NCBI GenBank assembly: GCA_048940925.1
Contig: JBHLOC010000017.1
Span: forward strand, 22,636-86,635
Direction of reading: 5' to 3'
Source of the DNA: Promethearchaeota archaeon
Lineage (GTDB): Archaea; Asgardarchaeota; Lokiarchaeia; Sigyniarchaeales; SOKP01
DNA length: 64,000 nt
The notes beneath the pieces are model-generated. The model made no database searches, had not been told where the DNA came from, and saw only the letters and a program-made list of their open reading frames with translations. The translations under genes and the position numbers were made by a program. The stretch's first letter is position 1. Every line of letters starts with the position of its first letter. Positions 20,050 to 30,438 of the stretch are shown here, in pieces.

Positions 20050-21765
20050 ATGAAGAAAGAAAAAGATTTTAAAAATTTAAGGAATATTAAGCTTACCAGC
20101 TGCTTAACCCTTATCCTAAACACATTTTGTATTATATTCGGTTTATTATATATTCTAAAACCTTCTAGCTCAGTATTTTGGGATTTTATTGGTGTAATTA
20201 TTACAATTACATTGTTTGAAAATCTTTTATTTGTGTATTTTAACCTTCATAAATCAAACAAATTAAGCCCAAAGGTGACTATAGTTAGTTATATATATTT
20301 GATTTTTATCATTATTGCTATACTATTTATAATTTTAGGAAATTTACTTCTATCTTCAGTATATTCAAACATTTTTATTGAAAACTTTGGATCTTATTGT
20401 ATAATTTATTTCAGTTATTTTGGAATTCTACTATATGGAATTTTTTTTGCAGTATTTAATCTCAAACAACTGCTTAAGAATGATTTAGAATTCATAAAAA
20501 AATCATACAATAAGAAGATAGGAATATTAAAAGTTAAAATGATATTACATAAAATTTTAGTAATACTGTCCAAAATTACTTTTTGCATTGGAATTGTATT
20601 TGCTATCGTCAATATTTTTGGTTCATTTGGAGTAATAACTGTCTTTATCGCTATAATCTCTTCTCAATTTGGTCTTTTTTTTTCTATTATATTTTTAGCT
20701 AATACAATTCTACTCTTAAAACTAAAAAAACATAAAAGAACTACAAAAAAATTTTATAGAACTGCTATTATTGGTATTTTTGTATCTGTGTGGTTATCGA
20801 TGCCATTATTTCTGTCTAATTCCAGTATATACAATGATGATAAAGTGTTTGCTGACGCTTTTGGCTCAAACTGGCAAACTAGAATTCCTTCTGAAGCAAA
20901 CCGATTCTTTTTAAAAACTCCTTTTACACTTACGGGATATTATCTTGGTACTGAGCCTAATAACTGTAAAATTACTAAAAATATATTATTTTATGATGAT
21001 GAAGGAATAAGCCTTTATTTTGATGCTTACATGCCGTTGAATAAATGGAAACATCTTCCTGGAGAAAATTCAACAATAATTAGAATCCATGGAGGTAGTT
21101 GGGTTTCAGGTGACAAAGGAATGATGAATATGATGCAGATGAATAAGTATTTTGCAAGTCAAGGATATGTGGTATTTGATATTCAATATGGACTTGATAG
21201 AAATCCATTATTTGAATTAGATCCGCTAACTCCCGATTATAGTAAAGGGAATTTTAATATAGACGATATGATGCGACATATTGGTATATTTACAAATTAC
21301 ATTTTTAATCATACAAATGATTACAACGCTAATTTGAATTCTGTATTTATAAGTGGAGGATCTGCAGGAGGTCATCTCGCATGTGCTGTAGCGTTAGCTA
21401 TTTCAAGTGGGAATTATACGCATATATTCAATGAACATTTAAAGGTTAAAGGTTTAATCCCCTTTTACCCCGCAAATGGTCAAATGGTTTTTTTTGGAAT
21501 CAATGGATGTGATGAATTTAAGAATCCTGAAAAATTAATTGCAAAAAGTAGCCCACCTTGCCTTATCTTTCAAGGCACCCATGATATCCTCAATTATTTC
21601 AGTATATCTGAAAATATACAAAATACTTACCTTGCTAAAGGAAATAATAAATGTGCTATTTTATGGATGCCTTTAGCTGGACATGCCGCTGATGTCTATT
21701 TTACTGGCTATTATAATCAAATCTTTTTATATTATATGGAACGTTTCATGTTTCTTTACCATTAA
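20050..21765 (+). CDS. Multi-TM membrane protein fused to an alpha/beta hydrolase (HSL-like esterase/lipase)
   Basis: ~7 N-terminal TM helices, HGGSW oxyanion motif, GGSAGG nucleophile elbow, GTHD and AGH. Confidence 0.85.
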   Translation: MKKEKDFKNLRNIKLTSCLTLILNTFCIIFGLLYILKPSSSVFWDFIGVIITITLFENLLFVYFNLHKSNKLSPKVTIVSYIYLIFIIIAILFIILGNLLLSSVYSNIFIENFGSYCIIYFSYFGILLYGIFFAVFNLKQLLKNDLEFIKKSYNKKIGILKVKMILHKILVILSKITFCIGIVFAIVNIFGSFGVITVFIAIISSQFGLFFSIIFLANTILLLKLKKHKRTTKKFYRTAIIGIFVSVWLSMPLFLSNSSIYNDDKVFADAFGSNWQTRIPSEANRFFLKTPFTLTGYYLGTEPNNCKITKNILFYDDEGISLYFDAYMPLNKWKHLPGENSTIIRIHGGSWVSGDKGMMNMMQMNKYFASQGYVVFDIQYGLDRNPLFELDPLTPDYSKGNFNIDDMMRHIGIFTNYIFNHTNDYNANLNSVFISGGSAGGHLACAVALAISSGNYTHIFNEHLKVKGLIPFYPANGQMVFFGINGCDEFKNPEKLIAKSSPPCLIFQGTHDILNYFSISENIQNTYLAKGNNKCAILWMPLAGHAADVYFTGYYNQIFLYYMERFMFLYH

Positions 21766-22063
21766 ATATCTTTTTTTATAAAAATGATTAATGAATATTA
21801 TTCCATAATTTATGTCATGTTATAAAATATAAATCCCACCAATTTCCCCTAAGTAAGTGTGTACGGCAACATATAACAAGTGTTTATAAAAAAGTTTATA
21901 TATATATGATTGACTTCTTTTTCAATATTACAAAAAGATCAAATTTATATTGTATAATATAAAGATTTATCAACAAAAAAGATCTCGATATTATTGAAAA
22001 AACAATAAATGTGGCAAAAAGATCACTTAACGATCTACACATCATCTAAAAAAATATTTAAAA

Positions 22064-22999
22064 GTGAATAAAATGAGCTATAAAGATCGCCTACGATCTA
22101 CAAAGACTCCAGTTGAGGAAGGGAGTTGTAACTCTGAAAACTGTTGCGATAACCCTTGTATTGAATCTAAAGATGGAGATTTGATTTGTATTAATTGTGG
22201 CATGACTTACGGAAGAAATCTCGTAGGAAATGAGCGTAGAGCATATACTGTAGAAGAAGTTAATAAACGAAGGAGAACTGAACCAAGATGGCGCGAATTT
22301 GGACCACGTACTATGCTTCCAAATTCTAAAATTGATTCGAAAGGAAGGCTTATTAATGCACGAGGAAAAACTTTATTTTCACGATTATCTAAGATTCAAA
22401 ATTCATTAATCTCAAGTATTGAGCGAAATTTCTGGGAAGCAAAACCAAAATTAAAGATGCTTACTTCTAAGCTTAATACACCTGAATATATAAAAGAAAC
22501 AGCATGGAAAATCTATAGTGTTGTAGCAAGAAAAAAATTAACTATGGGAAGATCAATAGATGGATTTATTGCTGCTTCACTTTATGCAGCTATTAGAGTA
22601 CATGAATTCCCACGATTACTCGAAGAAGTTTGTGATGCATCAATGACACCAAGAAGGACAGTACACCGTTCTTTAGGCATGGTTGTCAAGGAAGTACTCC
22701 CAGAGTTAAATTTGAAATATAAACCGATTACGGCAGAACAATTAGTTTTTAGATTCGGTAATGATTTAAGCCTACCAATGGAAGTTCAAAAGAAAGCTAT
22801 TAATATGTTAGCAGAAGCTTCTAAAAATGGATTATTGCGAACAGGTAAAGATCCAAAAGGGTTAGCAGCAAGTGTTATATATATGGCCGCGAAAGCTGGA
22901 AATCATAGGAAGACACAAGCAGAAGTTTCAGAAGTCGCTAAAGTGACAGAAGTGACTCTCAGGAGTAGATCCAAGCAAATAAAGAGCAAACTTCAGTAA
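22064..22999 (+). CDS. tfb: Transcription initiation factor IIB paralog
   Basis: N-terminal Zn ribbon (CC...ICINCG) and two cyclin repeats (GRSIDGFIAASLY; GKDPKGLAASVIY; TQAEVSEVAKVTEVTLR). Confidence 0.93.
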   Translation: MNKMSYKDRLRSTKTPVEEGSCNSENCCDNPCIESKDGDLICINCGMTYGRNLVGNERRAYTVEEVNKRRRTEPRWREFGPRTMLPNSKIDSKGRLINARGKTLFSRLSKIQNSLISSIERNFWEAKPKLKMLTSKLNTPEYIKETAWKIYSVVARKKLTMGRSIDGFIAASLYAAIRVHEFPRLLEEVCDASMTPRRTVHRSLGMVVKEVLPELNLKYKPITAEQLVFRFGNDLSLPMEVQKKAINMLAEASKNGLLRTGKDPKGLAASVIYMAAKAGNHRKTQAEVSEVAKVTEVTLRSRSKQIKSKLQ

Positions 23000-23206
23000 T
23001 ACTAAACATATTTGTCCTAAGTTTAGACAATTAGAACACATTTTTTTTATTACTTTTTTTTTTCTTTACTTATAATCTAAGTTAAAAATGTTTAAATTCA
23101 GATTAAGAGTAATTTTCTTCATATCTATTTAATACAACACGATATTGGAAATATTTATATTATTACAAATAAAGTATAGAATATTAACTTTTAATGTGGA
23201 AAAAGT

Positions 23207-24409
23207 ATGGAAGTATTTGACATATTGATTGGTATTTTAAGTATTATAATCGGGTATTTACTAGGGACAATATTACCTGCTTATTTTTTTGGAAAAATAA
23301 AAGGTATAGATGTAAGAGAAGAGGGTACCCGTAATCCTGGAACTTCTAATGCATTTAAAGTTTTAGGACTTACATATGCTATTCCTACTGCATTGTATGA
23401 TACATTAAAGGGTTTATTAGCTATCTTAATTGCTTATTATTTGGGAGCAAACTTTATTTTCATGCAAATTAGTGGATTAGCAGTAATAGTTGGTCATGTT
23501 TTTCCTTTTTATTTGAAATTTCGTGGTGGACAAGGAAACGCAACTGCTACTGGAATATTGCTTTTTTACCTTGTAAATTATCTTTCAGTTGGGTTTCAAT
23601 TGATTTATGTAATATTATTTTTATTAATACTTGTAGCGATATTTACGTACATTTCTAAAGCAGGTAGTTTATTACCAATGATTTTATTTCCATTATTGGG
23701 TTTTTCTGTGTTTGTGCTTTATCCTACAAGTGGTTTTAATCTTTTTTTTGTAATAATTCTTATTCATATCGCTACTATTGGTATGTATAAAGTAATAACG
23801 GAAAAGAAATTAGTAATTACTGATGAGGCTTTTCTAGCTAGCTGGTGGAGGGTAGCCATAAGACCTGTGTCTCTTTTGTTTCTTATATTTTATTTTATGG
23901 ATAAACAACTTGGTCTTTTTGTCATTGGTATTGTAAGTTTATGCTTTATTGGCTTAGATCTCTTTCGATTTATTCATAAACGAACTAATATATTATTAAC
24001 GGAAAAAACTACAGCAATTTTTAGAAAGGGAGAAGAGAAAAGATTTTCTTCAATGACAATCTTCTTGATATCTACTTTTTTAATATTACTTTTTTTTGAT
24101 ATTGAAATTGCCATAACTGCATTAATTTTTCTTGTTTTTGGAGATTTGTTTGCTAAAGTATTTGGATTAGCATATGGGCGTCATAAAATATTTGAAAAAA
24201 CTCTTGAGGGTAGTCTTGCTAACATAGGGTCAGTAATTATTTTTGGCTATATACTTTTTTTTACATTAGATATTCCATTAATCTTGCTTATTTCTGGAGG
24301 AATTGCTGCGGTATTAATTGAGCTCTTACCAATAGGGATAAATGATAATTTCACAATCCCTATTATAAGTGGAGCTGTTATGACAGCTGTAAAGATTTTC
24401 TTCCTCTAA
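23207..24409 (+). CDS. plsY: Glycerol-3-phosphate acyltransferase PlsY fused to a CTP-dependent diacylglycerol/polyprenol kinase domain
   Basis: N-terminal GYLLG, GTRNPGTSN, DTLKG and GHVFP...FRGGQGNAT. C-terminal GDLFAKVFG...GRHK...KTLEGS and NDNFTIP. Confidence 0.85.
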   Translation: MEVFDILIGILSIIIGYLLGTILPAYFFGKIKGIDVREEGTRNPGTSNAFKVLGLTYAIPTALYDTLKGLLAILIAYYLGANFIFMQISGLAVIVGHVFPFYLKFRGGQGNATATGILLFYLVNYLSVGFQLIYVILFLLILVAIFTYISKAGSLLPMILFPLLGFSVFVLYPTSGFNLFFVIILIHIATIGMYKVITEKKLVITDEAFLASWWRVAIRPVSLLFLIFYFMDKQLGLFVIGIVSLCFIGLDLFRFIHKRTNILLTEKTTAIFRKGEEKRFSSMTIFLISTFLILLFFDIEIAITALIFLVFGDLFAKVFGLAYGRHKIFEKTLEGSLANIGSVIIFGYILFFTLDIPLILLISGGIAAVLIELLPIGINDNFTIPIISGAVMTAVKIFFL

Positions 24410-24440
24410 ATCCATAGATTATCGATCAAATATTTTTAAT

Positions 24441-24468
24441 CTAGTTATAGTTATAACTATATAACTAG
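24441..24468. promoter_or_regulatory. Near-perfect 28-bp palindrome built from AGTTAT/ATAACT units
   Basis: CTAGTTATAGTTATAACTATATAACTAG, with a perfect TAGTTATAACTA core, ~65 bp upstream of 24534. Confidence 0.45.
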
Positions 24469-24533
24469 CTGATTCTAAGAGATATTGGAAAAATTAAGAT
24501 TATATAGAATAAGTTCTATCATTTTTATAAGAA

Positions 24534-25277
24534 ATGAGTTATATTGAAAAAAAATATACTAAAAAAATTAACGAGATTTTTGATGATTTAAGAATATTAG
24601 ATAGTTCTTTACTTAATCAACTAAACAAAAAATCTGTTAAGAATATTAATGAAATTGCTAAAATCTGTGCTGAGAGTAATAAAAAAATTAACCTTATTCT
24701 TAAGAAATTCTATCCTGAAATAAAGGAAATGAGTGATAAATTAAAGATTAAGGCTACTTTAAAATTCTACTATGATTTAATTAATAAATTAACTGATTTA
24801 GTAAGAAATATGGAGAACTTTAAAAAAATCGACCAAGAATATTATAGTAAGTTAATAGAATTTGTTAACCAGAAGGAAGAACTAATTTCTGGGAAGTATA
24901 AAATGATTTGTACTCAAGAATTAACTGCGTTTTATGATAAAAATTCGAGAGAGAACTTAGAGAGAATTTTATTAGAGAAAATTGCGAGAAAAAATGGAGA
25001 ATTTTTTACTTTTGGCTCTTTAGAACAAGAGATTAAGAAAATAGCCAAAATCACAGGTGCAAATCATATCACAATTAAATATGCAAATGAGAATTATAAA
25101 AAAGAAATGCAATCTGCAAAATCATTGATTTTATATACTATTTCTGAACATGAAAGTATTGATAAATTAAAAAAGATTGGAATGGAAATAAAAAACTTTT
25201 TAGAATCCAAAAAATATAACGTTGTTATCAGACCGGGTTTAGTAATTACTAACGCAGAATTACTTCCCGATGAATAA
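24534..25277 (+). CDS. Hypothetical helical protein
   Basis: 247-aa ORF co-oriented with proS; no motif recognised. Confidence 0.75.
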   Translation: MSYIEKKYTKKINEIFDDLRILDSSLLNQLNKKSVKNINEIAKICAESNKKINLILKKFYPEIKEMSDKLKIKATLKFYYDLINKLTDLVRNMENFKKIDQEYYSKLIEFVNQKEELISGKYKMICTQELTAFYDKNSRENLERILLEKIARKNGEFFTFGSLEQEIKKIAKITGANHITIKYANENYKKEMQSAKSLILYTISEHESIDKLKKIGMEIKNFLESKKYNVVIRPGLVITNAELLPDE

Positions 25278-25351
25278 TGAAGCTTAAAATGCTTTGTATT
25301 TCTATTTAATAAAATATTTAATTTTTGAAATATTATACATGATGATTTTAT

Positions 25352-26827
25352 ATGGTTAAAAAGAAGAAAGAAGCTCCTATAATGGGAATAGCTGTGTCAA
25401 AAGAAGAGGATTTTTCTGCATGGTATACAGAATTAATCAACAAAGCAGAGTTAGCGGATATTAGATATAATGTTAAGGGTTTTGTTGTATATAGAGAATG
25501 GGCGACAATTACCATTAGGAAAATGTATAAAAAAACAGAAGACTTGTTGGATAAAAAGGGACATCTCCCATTAACAATGCCTTCCCTTATTCCTGAATCA
25601 AATTTTTTAATAGAGTCTCAACATGTTGAGGGATTTTCTCCTGAAGTATTTTGGGTTACAGAAGCAGGTAGTTCTGGTAAATTATCGGAACGTTTGGCAT
25701 TACGCCCAACAAGTGAGACTGCTCTTTATCCTATGTATGCTTTATGGATAAGGAGTTATAAGGATCTGCCATTTAAGAGATACCTATCTTGTCAAGTTTG
25801 GAGATATGAAGGAAAAATGACAAGACCATTCTTTAGGGGTAGAGAATTTCATTGGATTGAATCTCATAATGTATTTGCTACAATGGAAGATGCCATGGAA
25901 CAAGTCAAGGAGGATATGGAAACAACTTATCAAATTCTTCAAGATGAATGCTGTATTCCTCTCATATTTTTCCAAAGACCGGAATGGGATAAATTTCCAG
26001 GAGCAGTTCATACTTATGCTGCTGATGCACTGATGGGATCTGGAAAAGTTTTACAACTACCTTCAACCCATCTATTAGGGCAAATTTTTTCAAAACCGTT
26101 TAATGTAAAGTTCATAGATACTGATGGGAAAGAAAAATATGGATATCAAACTTGTTATGGCCCTGCTCAGAGTAGAAACTATGGCGCTATGATCGCGTAT
26201 TTAGGAGACGATAATGGCTTAGTCTTACCATTTGACTTAGCACCAATCCAGATTATTATTATTCCAATAATTTATAAAGGAAAAGAGAAGTTAGTGTTAA
26301 ATAAAGCAGAAGAGATTTACAATCTCTTCAAAAACAAGTATATAGTCAAAATTGATGATTCCGAAGAATCAGTAGGCAATAAATTCTATTATTGGGAATT
26401 GAAAGGTGTGCCGATTAGAATTGAAGTTGGACCACAAGATTTAGAAAATCAACAGGTTATTGTTGTTAAAAGACATGATGGGAAGAGATTCGAGATAAAG
26501 GAGAAAGATTTAGAGAAAAAGATTGATGAAATTGCTCAAAATTATACAAAAGAAATAAAAGGAAAATCTTTAATCGATTTTGAATCTCAAGTTCAAGAAG
26601 TCTATGAAAAAGATGCTGCAATTGATGCAATAAATAACGGAAAAATAGTCTGTTGCGGTTTTTGCTCAATTGATATGGATGCATATCACTGTGCTGAGGT
26701 TGTTGAAAAGGAAATTGGTGGTTTTGTGCGGGGAAAAAGAGTTGATGAGGAAAAACATGAATTTGCCACATGTTTAATATGTGGAAAGCCAGCAAGTTGC
26801 ACTGTGTATATCGCTAAAAGCTATTAA
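25352..26827 (+). CDS. proS: Proline--tRNA ligase (archaeal/eukaryote type)
   Basis: FSAWY, LALRPTSET, FFRGREFHWIESH, WELKGVPIRIEVG and a C-terminal Zn module ending AKSY. Confidence 0.96.
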   Translation: MVKKKKEAPIMGIAVSKEEDFSAWYTELINKAELADIRYNVKGFVVYREWATITIRKMYKKTEDLLDKKGHLPLTMPSLIPESNFLIESQHVEGFSPEVFWVTEAGSSGKLSERLALRPTSETALYPMYALWIRSYKDLPFKRYLSCQVWRYEGKMTRPFFRGREFHWIESHNVFATMEDAMEQVKEDMETTYQILQDECCIPLIFFQRPEWDKFPGAVHTYAADALMGSGKVLQLPSTHLLGQIFSKPFNVKFIDTDGKEKYGYQTCYGPAQSRNYGAMIAYLGDDNGLVLPFDLAPIQIIIIPIIYKGKEKLVLNKAEEIYNLFKNKYIVKIDDSEESVGNKFYYWELKGVPIRIEVGPQDLENQQVIVVKRHDGKRFEIKEKDLEKKIDEIAQNYTKEIKGKSLIDFESQVQEVYEKDAAIDAINNGKIVCCGFCSIDMDAYHCAEVVEKEIGGFVRGKRVDEEKHEFATCLICGKPASCTVYIAKSY

Positions 26828-27080
26828 ATTGCTATAAAGTGCTTTGTTGTTAATAAATTTTTAACTTTTTCTAATTCATTAATATTTTTGATTACAATTC
26901 TCTTTCTTAAATCTATTTTTGTTTAGAAAAATATAATTAAAACTTATACCTAAATTGCAAATTTAAATGAAAAGCCTTTGGAATAATGAATATGAGCATT
27001 GATTGGCTTATTAATAATTAATATATTATGGCAATTAAGGTATTTAATTTTAAATGAATTTGTTAATTCTGCATTGGTTT

Positions 27081-29534
27081 TCAAGTGATTTTAACATTAA
27101 TGAATAATTCTTTAATATCTGATGGAGGTAATGGAACAATATTATTTTCGATTTGTTTGTTATTTACGAATACTAATGATTTATTACCAACACCTACGCG
27201 TTCTACAGATACATTATACTTAACACCACGGAAAATACGAATTGCTTTAAAGCTCTGCCAATTTTTAGGAATTATTGGTGAAATAAATAATCCCTCATAA
27301 TCAGGACGTATCCCCAGAATCCAATTCATTATTGCGATATAATTCCACGCTGCCGAACCTGTCAACCAAGAATTTTTTGCTTCCCCATAATTTGGGGCAT
27401 CCTTTCCAGCAATCATTTGCGCGTAAACATATGGCTCACATCGATGAATTTCACTAATATTCTCTCGCGCTGAAGGATTTATTCGAGTGTAATAATCATG
27501 AGCTTGATCTCCATTTCCAACAATTGTTTCAGCAATCATAATCCATGGATTTGTATGACAAAAAATAGAACCATTTTCCTTATATCCTGGAGGATAAGAA
27601 GAAATTTCACCTAAATGCAAGTAATATCGAGAATATGCAGGTTGAAGGAGCATAATACCATGGGGGGTAGCCAATCTATTCTTCACAGACTTGAGTGCTC
27701 CCTTAACTAAATTTTCCTTTATACCAACTCCCGCAAAAATGCAAAATCCTTGTGGCTCGATAAAGATTTGACCTTCATCACATTCATGCGAACCAACTTT
27801 GTTTCCAAAATCATCATAAGCCCGAAGAAACCATTCCCCATCCCAACCATAATTTAAAGTAATTGAAGTCATTTTTTCTGCCCAATCAAGATAATTTCTC
27901 GATTCATTAACAAATCCCTTATGTTGGAGGATTTCAGAAAATTCTTTGCTAGCAACAATAAACAATGATGCAATAAAGATTGATTCTGCTACTTTACCTT
28001 CCTTATTTTTAGTTGTTTGGAACGAATGATCAGGACTTTCTGAAAAACAGTTAAGATTTAAGCAATCATTCCAATCTGCTCGACCTATTAATGGTAATCC
28101 ATGTGGTCCTAACCGATTATGAATGTATTCAAGACTAAGTTGAAGGTGTGTTAATAGAGATTTTTCAGTTCCAAGTTCATTTTCGAATGCTATTTGTTCG
28201 TCCAATATACTCCAGTCTCCTGTTTCTTTCAAATATGCAGCAACACTTAATACTAACCAGAGAGGATCATCATTAAAATCGCTCCCAAGCTCATGGTTTC
28301 CCTGTTTAGTTAGTGGTTGATATTGATGGTAAGCTCCCCCTGTTTTAAGTTGTGTAGCTGCTAGATCTAGAATTCTATTTTTAGCTTGTAAAGGGGCCAA
28401 ATGTACATAGCCTAATAAATCTTGATTAGAATCACGAAATCCTATTCCTCTGTTTAATCCAGATTCAAAAAATGAAGCGGATCTTGAAAGTTGAAAAGTA
28501 ATCACACATTGATAAGGATTCCAAATATTTATCATTCTATTAGTATGAATGTCAGGCGTCTCAACTCGAAATTTATTTAATATGGTATCCCAGTAACTAT
28601 TTAGAGTTTTTAAAGCATTATCGACATTTATAGGATTTTCATATTTTTTAATTATTTTCTTAACAGAACTTTTATTTATTTTCTGAGATCCCACTGGTTC
28701 AAATTTTTCTTCAATTTGATTCTCATGATACCCTAGAATAAATATAATTTGCTTTATTTCTTTAGGATTTAGGATAAATTTAACATGATGAGAACCTATT
28801 GGTGCCCAACCATGAGCTTCTGAATTAAATGATTGTCCATTTTCTACAACGATTGGGTTTTTCCAACTTCTATATAACCCTAAGAATTTATCTCGCTGTG
28901 TGTCAAAACCTTCCAAAGGGTTTGAACAAGAAAAAAATGCAAAATGGTTTCTTCTTTCACGGTATCCAGTCTTATGATAAATTACTCCATCTTCAACTTC
29001 AATCTCACCGATGTTCAAATTGCGCTGAAAATTGGCAGAATCATCTTTAGCATCCCACAAACAAAATTCAATACAAGAGAAGATTGATAAATCGATAGGT
29101 TTTTTACGATAATTTTCAATTGAAAGTTGCCAAATTTCTAAGCTATCTCCTAAAGGTACTATATAGCGAATTTTAGCTTTAATTTTTTTATAAAAAGAAC
29201 TAATTATAGTATATCCTAAACCATGTCTGCACTTATATTGCTCTACTTTATTTAGAGTTGGTTGCCAGGTTGGAGACCAAAATTCTTTTTTTTTATTATC
29301 TCGAATATATAAGTATCGTCCGCCAAAATCAGTAGGAACATTATTATGACGATATCGAGTTAATCTTCGCAATCGAGCATCCTTGTAAAAAGAAAATCCA
29401 CCAGCAGTGTTGGAGATAATACTAAAGTATGATTCACACCCTAAATAATTAATCCATGGAAGAGGAGTATCTGGTCTTGTAATGACATATTCCTTGTTTT
29501 CATCATCAAAATATCCATATTTCAACATATTCAC
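27081..29534 (-). CDS. cbp: GH94 cellobiose phosphorylase
   Basis: YGYFDD..KEYVITRPDTP.PWINY, GIGFRDSNQD, CBP-type RADWNDCLNLNCFS..P..SFQT, KENGSIFCH and EAKNSWLTG. Confidence 0.88.
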   Translation of the reverse strand: MNMLKYGYFDDENKEYVITRPDTPLPWINYLGCESYFSIISNTAGGFSFYKDARLRRLTRYRHNNVPTDFGGRYLYIRDNKKKEFWSPTWQPTLNKVEQYKCRHGLGYTIISSFYKKIKAKIRYIVPLGDSLEIWQLSIENYRKKPIDLSIFSCIEFCLWDAKDDSANFQRNLNIGEIEVEDGVIYHKTGYRERRNHFAFFSCSNPLEGFDTQRDKFLGLYRSWKNPIVVENGQSFNSEAHGWAPIGSHHVKFILNPKEIKQIIFILGYHENQIEEKFEPVGSQKINKSSVKKIIKKYENPINVDNALKTLNSYWDTILNKFRVETPDIHTNRMINIWNPYQCVITFQLSRSASFFESGLNRGIGFRDSNQDLLGYVHLAPLQAKNRILDLAATQLKTGGAYHQYQPLTKQGNHELGSDFNDDPLWLVLSVAAYLKETGDWSILDEQIAFENELGTEKSLLTHLQLSLEYIHNRLGPHGLPLIGRADWNDCLNLNCFSESPDHSFQTTKNKEGKVAESIFIASLFIVASKEFSEILQHKGFVNESRNYLDWAEKMTSITLNYGWDGEWFLRAYDDFGNKVGSHECDEGQIFIEPQGFCIFAGVGIKENLVKGALKSVKNRLATPHGIMLLQPAYSRYYLHLGEISSYPPGYKENGSIFCHTNPWIMIAETIVGNGDQAHDYYTRINPSARENISEIHRCEPYVYAQMIAGKDAPNYGEAKNSWLTGSAAWNYIAIMNWILGIRPDYEGLFISPIIPKNWQSFKAIRIFRGVKYNVSVERVGVGNKSLVFVNNKQIENNIVPLPPSDIKELFINVKIT

Positions 29535-29635
29535 CTGCCTAATGTTTAAATCAAAAAAAAATCAGAAAATTTTATTGTTTTAACTGACCTTTTTTTTTAA
29601 AGAATTATAAATTCTCATATGGACCTTCATTATCT

Positions 29636-30436
29636 TTATTCCAATTCCCATTTACGATAAATGCTTGGTACACAAGCTAATAAATTTTGACTGTATGGAT
29701 GTTCAGGGTTGAGAAAAACGTCTTTTGTTAAACCTTGTTCCACAATATTACCTTCTTTCATAACTATTACTCGATCTGATACATATTGCGCTTGTCCTAT
29801 ATCATGTGTAATAAAGATTACTGATATCCCTTCTGTATGAGTTGTCCCCTCTTTTAATTCTTTAAAAAGGTTTAAAATATCTGCTCGAGAGCTCGAATCA
29901 ATCATACTTGTTGGTTCATCTGCAATTATTAATTTAGGTTTAAATAATAATGCCCTTGCAATTAAAACACGCTGTAGTTGACCTCCCGAAATCTGATGTG
30001 GAAATCTTCCAAAAATATCGTCTGTGTTAAGTCCCACAATACTTAATGAAGTTTCAAGAGCTTTTCTTTTATTGGTAATATCCTTTAGAGTATATTTAAA
30101 AGCTTGATTTAACATATGATCAATTCTATAAAAATAATTAAAAGAACTATAAGGGTCTTGAAAGATCCCTTGAACATTTTTATAATAATCTTTTGTTGGG
30201 ATATCATGGATTTCTTTCTCTTCATAATATATATCTCCTTCAGTTGGTTGAATAAATCTTAAAATTAAATTAGCAATAGTTGATTTTCCACTTCCACTTT
30301 CACCAACAAGAGAGAGAATTTCTCCAGGATATAACTTAAATGAAATATTTTTAACTCCTATTGTTTCCTTGGATTTTAAAAGACCAGAGGTATATACCTT
30401 TGTAAGATTTCGAATATTTAATGTTTCATTCTTCAT
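29636..30436 (-). CDS. oppF: Opp/Dpp-type ABC transporter ATP-binding subunit
   Basis: GESGSGKS, FQDPYSS, ISGGQLQR, ADEPTS and HPYS. Confidence 0.9.
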   Translation of the reverse strand: MKNETLNIRNLTKVYTSGLLKSKETIGVKNISFKLYPGEILSLVGESGSGKSTIANLILRFIQPTEGDIYYEEKEIHDIPTKDYYKNVQGIFQDPYSSFNYFYRIDHMLNQAFKYTLKDITNKRKALETSLSIVGLNTDDIFGRFPHQISGGQLQRVLIARALLFKPKLIIADEPTSMIDSSSRADILNLFKELKEGTTHTEGISVIFITHDIGQAQYVSDRVIVMKEGNIVEQGLTKDVFLNPEHPYSQNLLACVPSIYRKWELE

Positions 30437-30438
30437 TT

